DNA of 63,665 bases from a bacterium (GTDB taxonomy: Bacteria > UBA8248): positions 1 through 63,665 of the forward strand of contig CBDBZY010000042.1 of assembly GCA_965213685.1 (NCBI GenBank), in the 5' to 3' direction. Shown piece after piece: positions 8,906-18,950 of the stretch. Below the pieces are notes generated by a model. It made no database searches. It saw nothing but the letters and a program-made list of their open reading frames with translations, and was not told the origin of the DNA. Numbering within the stretch: position 1 is the stretch's first letter; each line of letters starts with the position of its first letter. The position numbers and the translations under genes are program-made.

Positions 8906-10195
8906 TCAGGCGCAACCCCCGAATTTGGAGTCATAAAGCGTCGTCTTCATCGGCACCTTGTCGCCGATAATCTGGAAATGCAGGTTCTCATCCACAGTCG
9001 TCATGTAAAAATCGACGAAGCCCTGGTGATCGGTGCTGCGCAGATAGATGTCGCCCTGCGGAAAATCGCTGCCCTGCGAGAACAACCGGCCCGGCCCCAT
9101 CGGCGTCTCGCCGCCTTCGAGCCATTCGATCATTCTGGGCGTATCTTCCTTCTTGTTTTGGTATTTGACGGCCTGCATCGCGGATTTCACGACGTTCATG
9201 CCGGTGAACTGCGCTTGGGCGAATCCGCTCGGCAACACGCCTTTGCTCAGTTTCATGAATTCGCCGCGGAACGCGTGGTTCGGGGCGTCATCGAATGGCG
9301 AACCCTTGAGGTCGTTGACCGGGGAATAACGATGCAGATAGAACCCGCCGACCGCGCTCTTGCCCTGTTGGGTGATGGTATTCACGTCGCACACCGACGC
9401 CGGCCCGACAATTTTTGACTTTTTGTTCAGGCCCGTATCGCCCAAAGCGAGCATCGACTTGATCGCCGCACCGCCCGACATCCCCATCACTATCGCGTCG
9501 GCATCGCGCGAGAGCCGGTTCACGTAGGCAATGTAATCCGCCGTCTTGAGGGGAACGGGAACGGGATCGATCCACTGGCCGCCCAGCCGCTTGAACTCAT
9601 CGCGGAAGTCGAACGCGACGGACTGCCCCCAAGCGAAGTCCATATACAACGAGGTGGCGGTCTTGATCCCGTTTTTAATCGCCCAAGGCGCCATGGCGAT
9701 CGCCTGGCTCTTCGTCGTGTTGTAAGGCCGGAACGCATATTTCGGACAAGCGGCCACCGTGCCGCCGGTCAGGTTGGTCGTTTCGCAGCCGGTGCCCAGG
9801 ACGTAGAGGGTTTTATAGCGTTTCACTACCGGTGCGAGTTGAACGCAGATGCCGCTGCTGGAAGTGCCCGTCAGCGCGTCGATTTTCTCCTTCAAAATCA
9901 GCTTCTCGACCTCGCGCACGGCCTGGGCGGGCTTGAAGGCGTCGTCCCGCTCTATCACCTGAATCTTCCGGCCGTTGATTCCGCCAGCCTTGTTGATCCG
10001 GTTGACGGCGACCATCAATCCCCAGCGCCCCTGCTCCCCGAGTGCGGCGAGCGGCCCGCTGAACGTGTTGACGTGACCGATCTTGATGGGGGATGAGGCC
10101 CACGACTTGCGGAGGAAGAAAGGTCCTGCGCTGGCGCTTGCGGCACCGAGCGCCGCGAGTTTCAAGAAATCGCGTCTCGAACTTGGTCTCGTCAT
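8906..10195 (-). CDS. LivJ/LivK-type ABC substrate-binding protein with Tat signal
   Basis: SRRDFLK twin-arginine; IKIG..FSGPLA..G, INKAGGINGRKI..DD. Confidence 0.9.
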   Translation of the reverse strand: MTRPSSRRDFLKLAALGAASASAGPFFLRKSWASSPIKIGHVNTFSGPLAALGEQGRWGLMVAVNRINKAGGINGRKIQVIERDDAFKPAQAVREVEKLILKEKIDALTGTSSSGICVQLAPVVKRYKTLYVLGTGCETTNLTGGTVAACPKYAFRPYNTTKSQAIAMAPWAIKNGIKTATSLYMDFAWGQSVAFDFRDEFKRLGGQWIDPVPVPLKTADYIAYVNRLSRDADAIVMGMSGGAAIKSMLALGDTGLNKKSKIVGPASVCDVNTITQQGKSAVGGFYLHRYSPVNDLKGSPFDDAPNHAFRGEFMKLSKGVLPSGFAQAQFTGMNVVKSAMQAVKYQNKKEDTPRMIEWLEGGETPMGPGRLFSQGSDFPQGDIYLRSTDHQGFVDFYMTTVDENLHFQIIGDKVPMKTTLYDSKFGGCA

Positions 10196-10429
10196 TCTGG
10201 CATCCCCCTCTCTCACAGAAATCTCTCCAAGTTTCTCTATTTAGCTTTCAAGATTATCCGAACCCAGCAGCCCGCTCAAACCGCAAGCGTACCCTCCGGC
10301 ACCCAAGGCTCCCACGTTTAAGCCACGTTTCACTCGCACGCCCCTAAGATAAAATGAAACCTATCACGCCCGCCCTGCGCTTCGCAACCGCGAGTTTCCG
10401 GCGCCCGGGCGTTGGGCGAACGCCGCCTC

Positions 10430-11632
10430 CTAGCGCGCCCCTTCTCCCGCCAGGAAGCGGGACACCGCATCCTCCGGCCAGCCGAGCCATTCCCGCAGCA
10501 CCTCCCCGGTGTGCTGGCCGAGCAGCGGCGGCGGCTGAACCCCGGCCTGCGCACCGCTCATGATCCACGGCGCGCCGACCACGCGGACGTTGCCCGAGAC
10601 CGGATGCGCGACCTCCTCGATGAGGCCCCGGTGCGCGATTTGGGGATCGTCCAGTGCGCGCGCGTAGTCGTTCACCACGGCGAAGCCCACGCGCTCGGCC
10701 TCGAGGCGCTCCTCCCATTCGGCCATGGTGCGCGAGGCGAAAACACCGGAGACGCGCGCGTCGATCTCCTCTCGGTGGGCCACCCGCGCCCGCGCGGTCG
10801 CATAGCGCGCGTCCGCCGTCCAGTCCTCCAGCCCCAGGGCGCGGCAAAAGCCCGGCCAGAATCCGTCGTGCTGCACGATGATGGTGACGTATTCGCCATC
10901 GCTCGTGCGGTAGGTGTTCGCCGGAACCCGCATGGGATTCTCGTTTCCATACCGGCCGGGCGAGACGCCGGCCTGGAGCGTCTCCCCCATCCTGGGGCCC
11001 AGGGCCGCCACCATGGCGGCCTGCATGCTCACGTCGATGTAGCGGCCCCGCCCCTCCCGCCGGGTCGCGTGGAGGGCGCTCACCACGGCATAGGCGGAAA
11101 ACATGCCCGCCAGCACGTCCGCTAAGGGCGCTCCGATCTGGGTCGGCTCCTCCCTGCCCGTGACGCTCATGACGCCCGAGACGGCCTGGAGGATCGGGTC
11201 GAGACCGACGCGATCGCGATACGGCCCCGTCTGGCCGAAGCCGGAGAGCGAGCAGTAGACGATTCCGGGGTTCAGCCTCCGCGCCTCCTCCCAGCCGAGG
11301 CCGAGTTCGGCCAGTTTGCCGGGGGCCATGTTCTCCACCAGCGCGTCCGCCCCGCGCGCCAGCCCCCGAACCGCCTCCCGGCCCGCGCGCGTCTTCATGT
11401 TGACGGCGGCGCTCTTTCTGGAGCGATTGTTCGCGTAAAAATAATCCTCATGCGCATCGCGCCCCTTGTAGCGGGTGATGCGGCGCGTGTCGTCCCCCAC
11501 CCCGGGGCGCTCGATCTTCACCACCTCGGCGCCCATGTCCGCCAGCATGGTGGCGCAATAGGGACCCGCGACCACCTGGGTGAAATCCAGCACCCGAACC
11601 CCGCTCAGCGGGGGCGCCTCCGATTCCGGCAT
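10430..11632 (-). CDS. CoA-transferase family III (CaiB/BaiF)
   Basis: LSGVRVLDFTQVVAGP, LADMGAEVVKIE, NRSRKS, SGFGQTGPY, catalytic Asp in GLD, PPLLGQHT. Confidence 0.92.
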   Translation of the reverse strand: MPESEAPPLSGVRVLDFTQVVAGPYCATMLADMGAEVVKIERPGVGDDTRRITRYKGRDAHEDYFYANNRSRKSAAVNMKTRAGREAVRGLARGADALVENMAPGKLAELGLGWEEARRLNPGIVYCSLSGFGQTGPYRDRVGLDPILQAVSGVMSVTGREEPTQIGAPLADVLAGMFSAYAVVSALHATRREGRGRYIDVSMQAAMVAALGPRMGETLQAGVSPGRYGNENPMRVPANTYRTSDGEYVTIIVQHDGFWPGFCRALGLEDWTADARYATARARVAHREEIDARVSGVFASRTMAEWEERLEAERVGFAVVNDYARALDDPQIAHRGLIEEVAHPVSGNVRVVGAPWIMSGAQAGVQPPPLLGQHTGEVLREWLGWPEDAVSRFLAGEGAR

Positions 11633-11843
11633 CTGCTCCCTCCCCCCGGCAAACGGGACCAGCGCGGGAGGGGACGGAAAGCCGCGCCGCCCCGTCCTTT
11701 CCCCTCCCCGAAAACATGATTTCCCGAAAACGCGAAAGCCGGGCGCCATTCATTGCGCGCCATTCACTCGAGAAGGGGCGGGCGGAGCAACCCGGCGCAC
11801 ATATGCGGCCGCGCCCGCGCCGCCTCCCTGCTCCCGCCCGCGG

Positions 11844-11926
11844 TGCCCGGGGCCGGACTCGAACCGGCACGGCCTCTCGGCCAAGGGATTTTAAGTCCCT
11901 GGTGTCTCCCGTTCCACCACCCGGGC
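11844..11926 (-). tRNA. tRNA-Leu(UAA)
   Basis: GCCCGGG acceptor stem, anticodon arm AGGGA-CTTAAAA-TCCCT, long variable arm, GGTTCGAGTCC T-arm; followed by CCG, not CCA. Confidence 0.95.
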
Positions 11927-12089
11927 AGGGGCGGGGCGAACGCCCCCGCGCAGCAACCGCGCTCTCGCCGGCGGGCCGCCGCTCCCTCTCTCTCCCCCCT
12001 CTCCTCCGCAGCGGAGCGCGCCCCTCCTCAAAGCGGGCGCTGCGGGGGCCGCAGTGTCTTTTTGTCCGCCGCGCGAGGCGCCCGGCAGG

Positions 12090-13364
12090 CTAGCCCGTGT
12101 ACTCCAGGATGTGGAGACCCAGCCCCCAGCGATCCGCCATGTAGATGAGGCCGGTGTCCCTGTCCACCTGAACGTCGTTGCTCTGGGGGCAGCAGCGCTC
12201 CTTCGTGCCGGCCGGGATGTAGTAGCCCACCTCCTTGGGCCGGAACGGGTTCGACCAGTCCACCACGCGAAGCCCCGCGTTGAACCAGCAGATGTACATG
12301 AGGTCGTCGCTCGTCATGTCGAGCCAGATGTTGTGCGCGCCGTGGCGCGAGCCCGTCTCGCTCCACTTCCTGTCGAGCGGCCGCATCTCCACCGGGTCGA
12401 TCTCATAGGGCATGAAGGTGCTCACGGGCAGAGGCTCGTGGATGTTCCTCAGATCGTAGAAGGTCACGAAGGCGGGCGGATGGTCGCAGTTCACCGTGGT
12501 GGTCTCCTGCGTCACGATGCCGAAATCGGACCCCTCCGGCACCAGGAAGCTGTGGTAGCAGCCCGCCCAGCCGTGCGTCTCGTGGGGATTGTGGCGCCAC
12601 ATGAGCTCGGGCCTCGTCGGGTCGGTCAGGTCGAACAGGGCGATGCCTGCGTCCCAGTAGCCCGCGGTGACGTAATTCCCCCAGGGGTTCCCCTCGTGAA
12701 TCCAGGCGCCGTCGCCCACGATCTCCGGGTCCCAGGAGGGTTCCTCCCCCTCCTTTTGGCCGGGGATGGCGCCCATGCCGATGAACTCCGGCGCCCACGG
12801 GTCCTTCATGTCATGGACGAGGAGCACCTTGCCCGCATAGCCGTCCTTGAAGCCCGAGCTGTACATGAGCTGGCGCTTGCGGTCGTAGATCGGCCGGTGG
12901 ATGCCGAAGCCGTCCACCTCCACGTAGTTCACGAATTTGGGGTGGAACGGGTCGCGGTTGTCAAAAACGCGCAAGCCCCCGACGGCGTCGGGGTATTCCG
13001 CCCGCAGGGAGGGCCGCAGCTCGGAGTTCGTGATGAGCACCTCGTCATTGATGCGAAGCACCTTGTGCGTGCGCGCGGCGGGGCTGTCAACGAGCTGGTT
13101 GACGATCCGGGGATTCGCCGGGTCCCGCACGTCGAGAATCGTCATGCCGTCATGCCCGTTCACGCCCGATGCGGCCACGTAGCAGATGCCGCCGCCCACC
13201 TGAATCTGAAACGCATCCCCCCAGCCGTTCAGGTCGGAATGGGCGACGAGGCGGACGTTGCGCGCCTCCTCCGGCCAGGGTTCCGTGAGCACGTGGTCCA
13301 CTCCGGTGTAGGCGTCGTTGCCGCCGCCGCGAATGGGATTTGGGTGATACCAGGGCCTGGGCAT
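12090..13364 (-). CDS. LVIVD-repeat beta-propeller protein
   Basis: Repeated GMTILDVRDPANP / GLRVFDNRDPFHP / GIALFDLTDPTRP / GLRVVDWSNPFRP; GAHN; GLHILEYTG end. Confidence 0.8.
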   Translation of the reverse strand: MPRPWYHPNPIRGGGNDAYTGVDHVLTEPWPEEARNVRLVAHSDLNGWGDAFQIQVGGGICYVAASGVNGHDGMTILDVRDPANPRIVNQLVDSPAARTHKVLRINDEVLITNSELRPSLRAEYPDAVGGLRVFDNRDPFHPKFVNYVEVDGFGIHRPIYDRKRQLMYSSGFKDGYAGKVLLVHDMKDPWAPEFIGMGAIPGQKEGEEPSWDPEIVGDGAWIHEGNPWGNYVTAGYWDAGIALFDLTDPTRPELMWRHNPHETHGWAGCYHSFLVPEGSDFGIVTQETTTVNCDHPPAFVTFYDLRNIHEPLPVSTFMPYEIDPVEMRPLDRKWSETGSRHGAHNIWLDMTSDDLMYICWFNAGLRVVDWSNPFRPKEVGYYIPAGTKERCCPQSNDVQVDRDTGLIYMADRWGLGLHILEYTG

Positions 13365-13506
13365 ACATCCTCCTCGGAAGAAAATGAATGAATGATCGCG
13401 CACGAGGCGAACCAGCAAGACGCTGCGCGCATTCTATGAAAGAACGCGGATGGGGGAAAGCGCCGACCGGGGACGGCGGCACGGGGGCCGCCCCCTCCCG
13501 GAATCC

Positions 13507-14640
13507 TCACCCTTCCCGAAAAAGGCGGACAAAATCGTCAAACGGCGCGGGCGGCCGCCTAGCGACCTCCATGTTCTCCAGAACGTGGGGCAGCCGACGC
13601 ATCCCCACCAGGGCGACGTCCACGCCGGGTGCGCTGCGCGTGAACTGAATCGCCCGCTGCCCATCGGTGGAGAAGCCGGGAAACGCCTCCGCCACGGCGG
13701 CGGGGAGCCCCCGGGCCGCCCGCCCCTGGAGGATCGATCCGCTCGTCATGACGGTGAGACCGCTCCGGGCGGCGGCGGCCAGGAAGCACGTCATTTCGCC
13801 GCCCCGGGCCTGGTTCGGCAGGGAGAAAGCCTCGGTCATCCCGAGGTTCAGGGGCAGCTGCACCGCCCGAAAGTGGTGCCCTTCCCCGCCCGCCGCCCGC
13901 GCGGCGTCCAGGACCTCCTCGAGCGAGAGATACTGCCCATCGCCCGGGCGCAGACGGTACCCCTCCCAGGTAGCCGTGCCGTATGCCCTGATCTTCCCCT
14001 CCGCCACGGCGCCCTCGAGCGCTTCGAAGGCGTCGCGCAGACGCTCCAGAAACGCCGCGCGCGAAACCTCCTGGAGCTGCGTCTCCGGGTTGTGCACGTA
14101 GTAGATGTCGATGGTCTCGAGCCCCAGGTTCTCCAGGCTCGCCTCGAGCTCATGCCGCAGATACGCGGGCGCCATGCAGTGGCAGTTCGCCGCGACCTCC
14201 CCGGGAGCGCAGACGCCGGGCGCGAAATAGGTCTCCCGCATATAGTCCATGAAATCCTCCTGCCCCCGGGGAGGATGGGCGTCGAAGGGGATGAATCCCC
14301 CCTTGGAGGATATGACGAGCGCGTCGCGCCGCGCGTCGCCTGCGGAGAACAAATCGCCCAGGGCCGCGCCAACGCTCCTCTCGCTGCGCTGGAAGCGATA
14401 GTTGATCGCCGTGTCGATGACATTGCATCCGCGGCGGACGGCGGCCGCCACGGATTCCCGATAGGCGGCGTCCGTCCCCTCGTCCGCGTCTCCGAGGTAG
14501 GTGCCGATTCCGACCGAGGAGAGCCAAAGGCCGCCCGATTCCCGGAAATGCGCCGGATGGCAGGCGGAGGAGGAATGGGCACTGGCGTAGCTTCGCGTCC
14601 CTTCGGTCGTGGCGAAACCCGCGTGGGCCGCCGCCCTCAT
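13507..14640 (-). CDS. Aldo/keto reductase
   Basis: SSVGIGTYLG, NVIDTAINYR, ISSKGG, SLENLGLETIDIYYVHNPE. Confidence 0.88.
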   Translation of the reverse strand: MRAAAHAGFATTEGTRSYASAHSSSACHPAHFRESGGLWLSSVGIGTYLGDADEGTDAAYRESVAAAVRRGCNVIDTAINYRFQRSERSVGAALGDLFSAGDARRDALVISSKGGFIPFDAHPPRGQEDFMDYMRETYFAPGVCAPGEVAANCHCMAPAYLRHELEASLENLGLETIDIYYVHNPETQLQEVSRAAFLERLRDAFEALEGAVAEGKIRAYGTATWEGYRLRPGDGQYLSLEEVLDAARAAGGEGHHFRAVQLPLNLGMTEAFSLPNQARGGEMTCFLAAAARSGLTVMTSGSILQGRAARGLPAAVAEAFPGFSTDGQRAIQFTRSAPGVDVALVGMRRLPHVLENMEVARRPPAPFDDFVRLFREG

Positions 14641-14969
14641 AACTCCATACTCCCTCACCCCCTTGTGGCGATGACGCTCCTCCGACTGCAACGGAGCGCG
14701 GGCGGATTTTTCCGGCTCTCTCTCGGCTCGCTCAAAATGCGACGCCGCGAAAACGGGTCGCGCGCGGGCCGCCTCTCCGGCTTGGCGGCCCCGGGGGCCG
14801 CCCGCCGGGGCGAGGAGCACCGCGCCATGACGCCATGCGCCATAAAAGAAACCCTGTGCTTGCGAACTCCCCTCCCATGCTACCGGATTTCCCCGATCCT
14901 GTCATCGGGAAACCGTCCGCCATTCCGCTACAATCAAATAAATAAAATAGGGGCTACCGGATTTTCGTC

Positions 14970-15008
14970 TTGACTCGTCCGCCCGCATCGCCCATAATGT
15001 GGATTATG
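14970..15008 (+). promoter_or_regulatory. sigma70 promoter of coxSLM with an overlapping palindrome
   Basis: TTGACT-N17-CATAAT; CATAAT-GTGG-ATTATG inverted repeat at 14993-15008. Confidence 0.6.
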
Positions 15009-15117
15009 CAACGTTTGTGATGCACCACTTTTCCCAGGCCCCGGACGTTGCGTGACGGGGGCGGGAGGCGTTTTCTCCTTTCGCCGTGCTATCCGCTTCA
15101 CCCGGAGGCGAGCGACC

Positions 15118-15582
15118 ATGGAAGTCAACCTCACCATCAACGGCGAGCACCGAAACTTCGATGTGGAGCCGAGAACGCTTCTGGTTCATCTCCTGCGCGA
15201 CGAGGCGACCCTGACGGGTACGCACATCGCCTGCGAGACGTCCATCTGCGGGGCCTGCACCGTGCTGCTCGACGACCAGGCGGTGAAGAGCTGTACCGTC
15301 CTCGCCCCCCAGGCGGAAGGATGCGAGGTCACGACCATCGAGGGGCTGGCCTCGGGCGACGCGCTCCACCCCCTGCAGGAGCAGTTCTGGGAGAAGCACG
15401 GCCTGCAGTGCGGCTACTGCACGCCGGGAATGATTCTGACGGCACATCAGCTCATTGAGTCGAACCCCGAGCCGACGGATGGGGACATTCGGCACGGCAT
15501 CGAGGGAAACATTTGCCGTTGCACGGGGTATCAGAACATCGTCGACGCCATTTCCGCCGCCGCGGCCCAGATGAGGAAGTAA
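15118..15582 (+). CDS. coxS: Mo-hydroxylase small [2Fe-2S] subunit (form II CODH-like)
   Basis: CETSICGACTV, QCGYCTPG, NICRCTGY; GGAGG RBS. Confidence 0.92.
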   Translation: MEVNLTINGEHRNFDVEPRTLLVHLLRDEATLTGTHIACETSICGACTVLLDDQAVKSCTVLAPQAEGCEVTTIEGLASGDALHPLQEQFWEKHGLQCGYCTPGMILTAHQLIESNPEPTDGDIRHGIEGNICRCTGYQNIVDAISAAAAQMRK

Positions 15583-15585
15583 GCG

Positions 15586-17919
15586 ATGGCACAAGCCCCC
15601 AAGTTCATCGGCGCACCCATCAAAAGACGCGACGACCCGCGTCTCATCCAGGGTCTCGCCCACTACGTGGATGATTTCAGCCCGCCCGGCACCCTGCACA
15701 TGGCGGTGGTGAGAAGCCCCTACGGCCACGCCGCCATACGCTCGGTCGACGCTTCCGGCGCCAGGGAGGCGGAGGGCGTCGTCGCGGTCTACACGGCCCA
15801 GGACACAAAGGGGATCGGCCCCGTGCCGGTGGGCGGCCTCGTGCCCGACGCCAAGGTTCCCGAGCAGCCGGTGCTGGCGGACGACAAGGCGCTGTTCGCC
15901 GGCGAGCCCGTCGCCGTGGTGATCGCGCGGACGCGCTATGGCGCGCGGGACGCGGCGGAGCTGGTGGAGGTCGACTACGAGCCGCGCGACGCCGTAGTGG
16001 ACATCGAGCGCGCCCTGGATGCGGACGCGCCCCGGGTGCACGAGGCGTACGAGAGCAACGAGGCGTTCCGGTGGGGAATATCCGGCGGCGACGTGGAGGC
16101 CGGTTTCCGGGAGGCGGACGTCATCGTCAAGGAGAGAATCACGAACGCCCGCGTCGCACCCCTCGCCCTCGAGCCGCGGGGCGTCCTGGCCCACTACCTG
16201 CCGGGCGAGGACAAGATGACCATCTGGACCTCCACCCAGGTGCCGCACAAGGTGCGCACGCTGGTGGCGGGCCAGATCGGGATGCCGGAGAACCGGATGC
16301 GCGTCATCGCCCCGGAGGTGGGGGGCGGCTTCGGCAGCAAGCTCAACATCTACCGCGAGGAGGCGCTCGCCGCCTGGATCTCGCGCGAGCTCGGCGTCCC
16401 CGTCAAGTGGGTGGAGAGCCGCTCCGAGAACTTCATGACCACCATTCACGGGCGCGGCCAGGTGGGCGAGGTGGAGATGGGACTCAAGCGCGACGGCACC
16501 ATCACCGCGTTCCGCTACGACGTCCTCGCCGATTGCGGCGCCTACTATCAGCTGCTCACCGTGGCCATCTTCACGCTGACGGGCCTCATGCTCCCCGGAC
16601 CCTACAAAATCGGGAACATCGAGATGAACGCCACCGGCGTGTTCACCAACAAGATAGCGACGGACGCCTACCGGGGGGCGGGCCGACCCGAGGCGACCTA
16701 CATCCTCGAGCGGATGATGGACCTCGCGGCGAAAGAGCTGGGGCTCGACCCCGTCGAAATCCGCCGGAGGAATTTTCCGGAGAAAACCGAGTTTCCCTTC
16801 TCCACGTCCGCCGGCCTCCTCTACGACAGCGGGGATTACCACGCCGCCCTCGACCGCGCCCTCGAAGCCGCCGACTACGCCGCCATGCGCAAGGAGCAGG
16901 CGGAGGCGCGAAAGGCGGGCAGATTCCTGGGCATCGGCCTCTCCACCTATGTCGAGATTTGCGGCATGGGGCCCTCCGCGGCCCTGGGCGGCCAGGGGTG
17001 GGAGAGTGCGCGCGTGCGCGTGGAGCCCACGGGCAAGGCCACCGTCTTCTCGGGGGCGTCGCCCCACGGCCAGGGACAACAGACGTCGTTCGCCCAAATC
17101 GTGGCCGACGGCCTCGGCATCGACGCGAACGACGTCACCGTCATCCACGGAGACACCGACGTGGTGCCCTATGGAGTGGGCACCTTCGGCAGCCGGGGCA
17201 CGGTGGTGGGCGGCTCGGCGGTCGTCTACGCCCGCGACAAGGTGCGCGCGAAGATGGCGCGGTTCGCGGCCCTCGAATTCGAGGCGGACGCGGACGACAT
17301 CGCCTTCGAGGACGGCAGGGTTTTCGTCAAGGGCGCACCGGAGAAATCGGCCGGCTTCGCCGACATCGCGGGGCTCGCTTACAGCGCCATCAAACTTCCG
17401 GAGGATACCGAACCGGGGCTCGAGGAGACGCACTTCTTCGAGCCCAGCAACTTCACCTTCCCCTTCGGCGCCCATGTCGTGCTGGCCGAGGTCGACCCGG
17501 AGACGGGGGACGTGGAGATTCTCCGATACGTGGCGGTGGACGACGTGGGCAACATGATCAACCCGTTGCTCGTCCACGGGCAGATTCACGGCGGCATCGC
17601 CCAAGGCGCCGGACAAGCCCTCGAGGAGGAGATGATATACGGCGAGGGCGGGCAGCCGCTCAACGCCTCGTTCATGCACTACGCCCTGCCGAAGGCGAAT
17701 CGCCTGCCCCGCTTCGAGCTGCTGCACACCACCACGCCGACGGACGTGAACCCCCTGGGCGCGAAAGGCGTGGGCGAGGCCGGCACCATCGGCTCGACGC
17801 CCGCCGTGGTGAACGCCGTGCTCGACGCCCTCTCGCCATTCGGCGTCACGCACATCGACATGCCGCTGCGCCCCGAGAAGGTGTGGCGCGCCATCGCCGG
17901 GAGGGAGGCCTCCGCATGA
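15586..17919 (+). CDS. coxL: Mo-hydroxylase large subunit (form II CODH / xanthine dehydrogenase family)
   Basis: GGGFGSK, AYRGAGRPE, HGQG, GTFGSR, GQIHGG, GAKGVGEAG. Confidence 0.92.
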   Translation: MAQAPKFIGAPIKRRDDPRLIQGLAHYVDDFSPPGTLHMAVVRSPYGHAAIRSVDASGAREAEGVVAVYTAQDTKGIGPVPVGGLVPDAKVPEQPVLADDKALFAGEPVAVVIARTRYGARDAAELVEVDYEPRDAVVDIERALDADAPRVHEAYESNEAFRWGISGGDVEAGFREADVIVKERITNARVAPLALEPRGVLAHYLPGEDKMTIWTSTQVPHKVRTLVAGQIGMPENRMRVIAPEVGGGFGSKLNIYREEALAAWISRELGVPVKWVESRSENFMTTIHGRGQVGEVEMGLKRDGTITAFRYDVLADCGAYYQLLTVAIFTLTGLMLPGPYKIGNIEMNATGVFTNKIATDAYRGAGRPEATYILERMMDLAAKELGLDPVEIRRRNFPEKTEFPFSTSAGLLYDSGDYHAALDRALEAADYAAMRKEQAEARKAGRFLGIGLSTYVEICGMGPSAALGGQGWESARVRVEPTGKATVFSGASPHGQGQQTSFAQIVADGLGIDANDVTVIHGDTDVVPYGVGTFGSRGTVVGGSAVVYARDKVRAKMARFAALEFEADADDIAFEDGRVFVKGAPEKSAGFADIAGLAYSAIKLPEDTEPGLEETHFFEPSNFTFPFGAHVVLAEVDPETGDVEILRYVAVDDVGNMINPLLVHGQIHGGIAQGAGQALEEEMIYGEGGQPLNASFMHYALPKANRLPRFELLHTTTPTDVNPLGAKGVGEAGTIGSTPAVVNAVLDALSPFGVTHIDMPLRPEKVWRAIAGREASA

Positions 17920-18788
17920 TTCCCGCCTCTTTCGACTACCTTCGCCCCCGGACGCTCGAGGAAGCCCTCGCGCATCTCCGGGAGTCCGGAGAGGACGCCA
18001 GGCTCCTCTCCGGAGGCCACAGCCTTCTGCCCGTGATGAAGGCGAGGCTCGCCCAGCCGCGCGTCCTCATCGACATCGCCCGGGTCGAGGGGCTCTCGGG
18101 CGTCTCCGAATCGGAGGGCGCCATTCGCATCGGCGCGATGACGACCCACGCGGAAATCGAGCGCTCCCCGCTGGTTCAGGAGAAATGCCAGGCCCTCGCC
18201 GAGGCGGCGGGCGCCATTGGCGACATGCAGGTCAGAAACCGGGGCACGCTGGGCGGCTCCCTCGCCCACGCCGACCCCGCCGCCGACTACCCGGCGGCCA
18301 TGCTGGCGGCGGGAGCGGAAATCGTCGCGGCGGGAGAGGATGGCGAGCGCGCGATCGGCGTGGACGATTTCTTCACCGGAACCTACGAGACGGCCCTCGC
18401 ACCGACCGAGATTCTCACCTCCGTCCGGATACCGCTTCCGCCCGCGCGGGGCGGCGGCGCGTATCTCAAGGCGGCCCAGCAGGCCAGCGGATTCGCCGTG
18501 TGCGGCGTGGCCGCCCAGCTCACCCTGGGGGAGGACGGCGCCGTCGCGTCGCTCCGCGTGGGCGTCACCGGCGTGGCCTCGCCCGCCTATCGCGCCAAGA
18601 GCGCGGAGGCCGCCCTCATCGGCGGCGCACCGGGTGCGGAGGAGGTCCGGGCGGCGGCGGCGGGAGCCGGCGAAGGGGTCGAGGCGATTGATGATTTTTA
18701 CGCCAGGGCGGACTTCCGGCGCCACCTGGCCGGCGTCTACGCCGCGCGCGCCATCGCCAAGGCACTGGAGCGCGCCTCGGGCGTCTGA
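17916..18788 (+). CDS. coxM: Mo-hydroxylase FAD-binding medium subunit
   Basis: MIPASFDY.RP, SGGHSLLPVMK, QVRNRGTLGGSLAHADPAAD; ATGA overlap. Confidence 0.92.
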   Translation: MIPASFDYLRPRTLEEALAHLRESGEDARLLSGGHSLLPVMKARLAQPRVLIDIARVEGLSGVSESEGAIRIGAMTTHAEIERSPLVQEKCQALAEAAGAIGDMQVRNRGTLGGSLAHADPAADYPAAMLAAGAEIVAAGEDGERAIGVDDFFTGTYETALAPTEILTSVRIPLPPARGGGAYLKAAQQASGFAVCGVAAQLTLGEDGAVASLRVGVTGVASPAYRAKSAEAALIGGAPGAEEVRAAAAGAGEGVEAIDDFYARADFRRHLAGVYAARAIAKALERASGV

Positions 18789-18950
18789 GGAAATCCGCAC
18801 CCAGGGTGTCTTGGCTCCGTGCGTCTTATGCCTCTGCACATCAGAAAGAGCGCCCTGCCGCTTCTCCCACTCGCTCCCCCGCAAAGCGGCCTGAGACGTA
18901 TGGCCGATATCCTGACCAGCCCCTTTTCAGGACGTCTTTGAGGCTATCCG

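Noticed and set aside
11844-11926. tRNA-anchored genomic island or prophage
   Set aside because: No integrase, no duplicated tRNA 3' end and no phage genes seen
15004-17853. 949-aa minus ORF and 905-aa plus ORF over coxSLM
   Set aside because: Antisense or alternate-frame shadows; only the last 290 aa of the plus ORF (CoxM) are real
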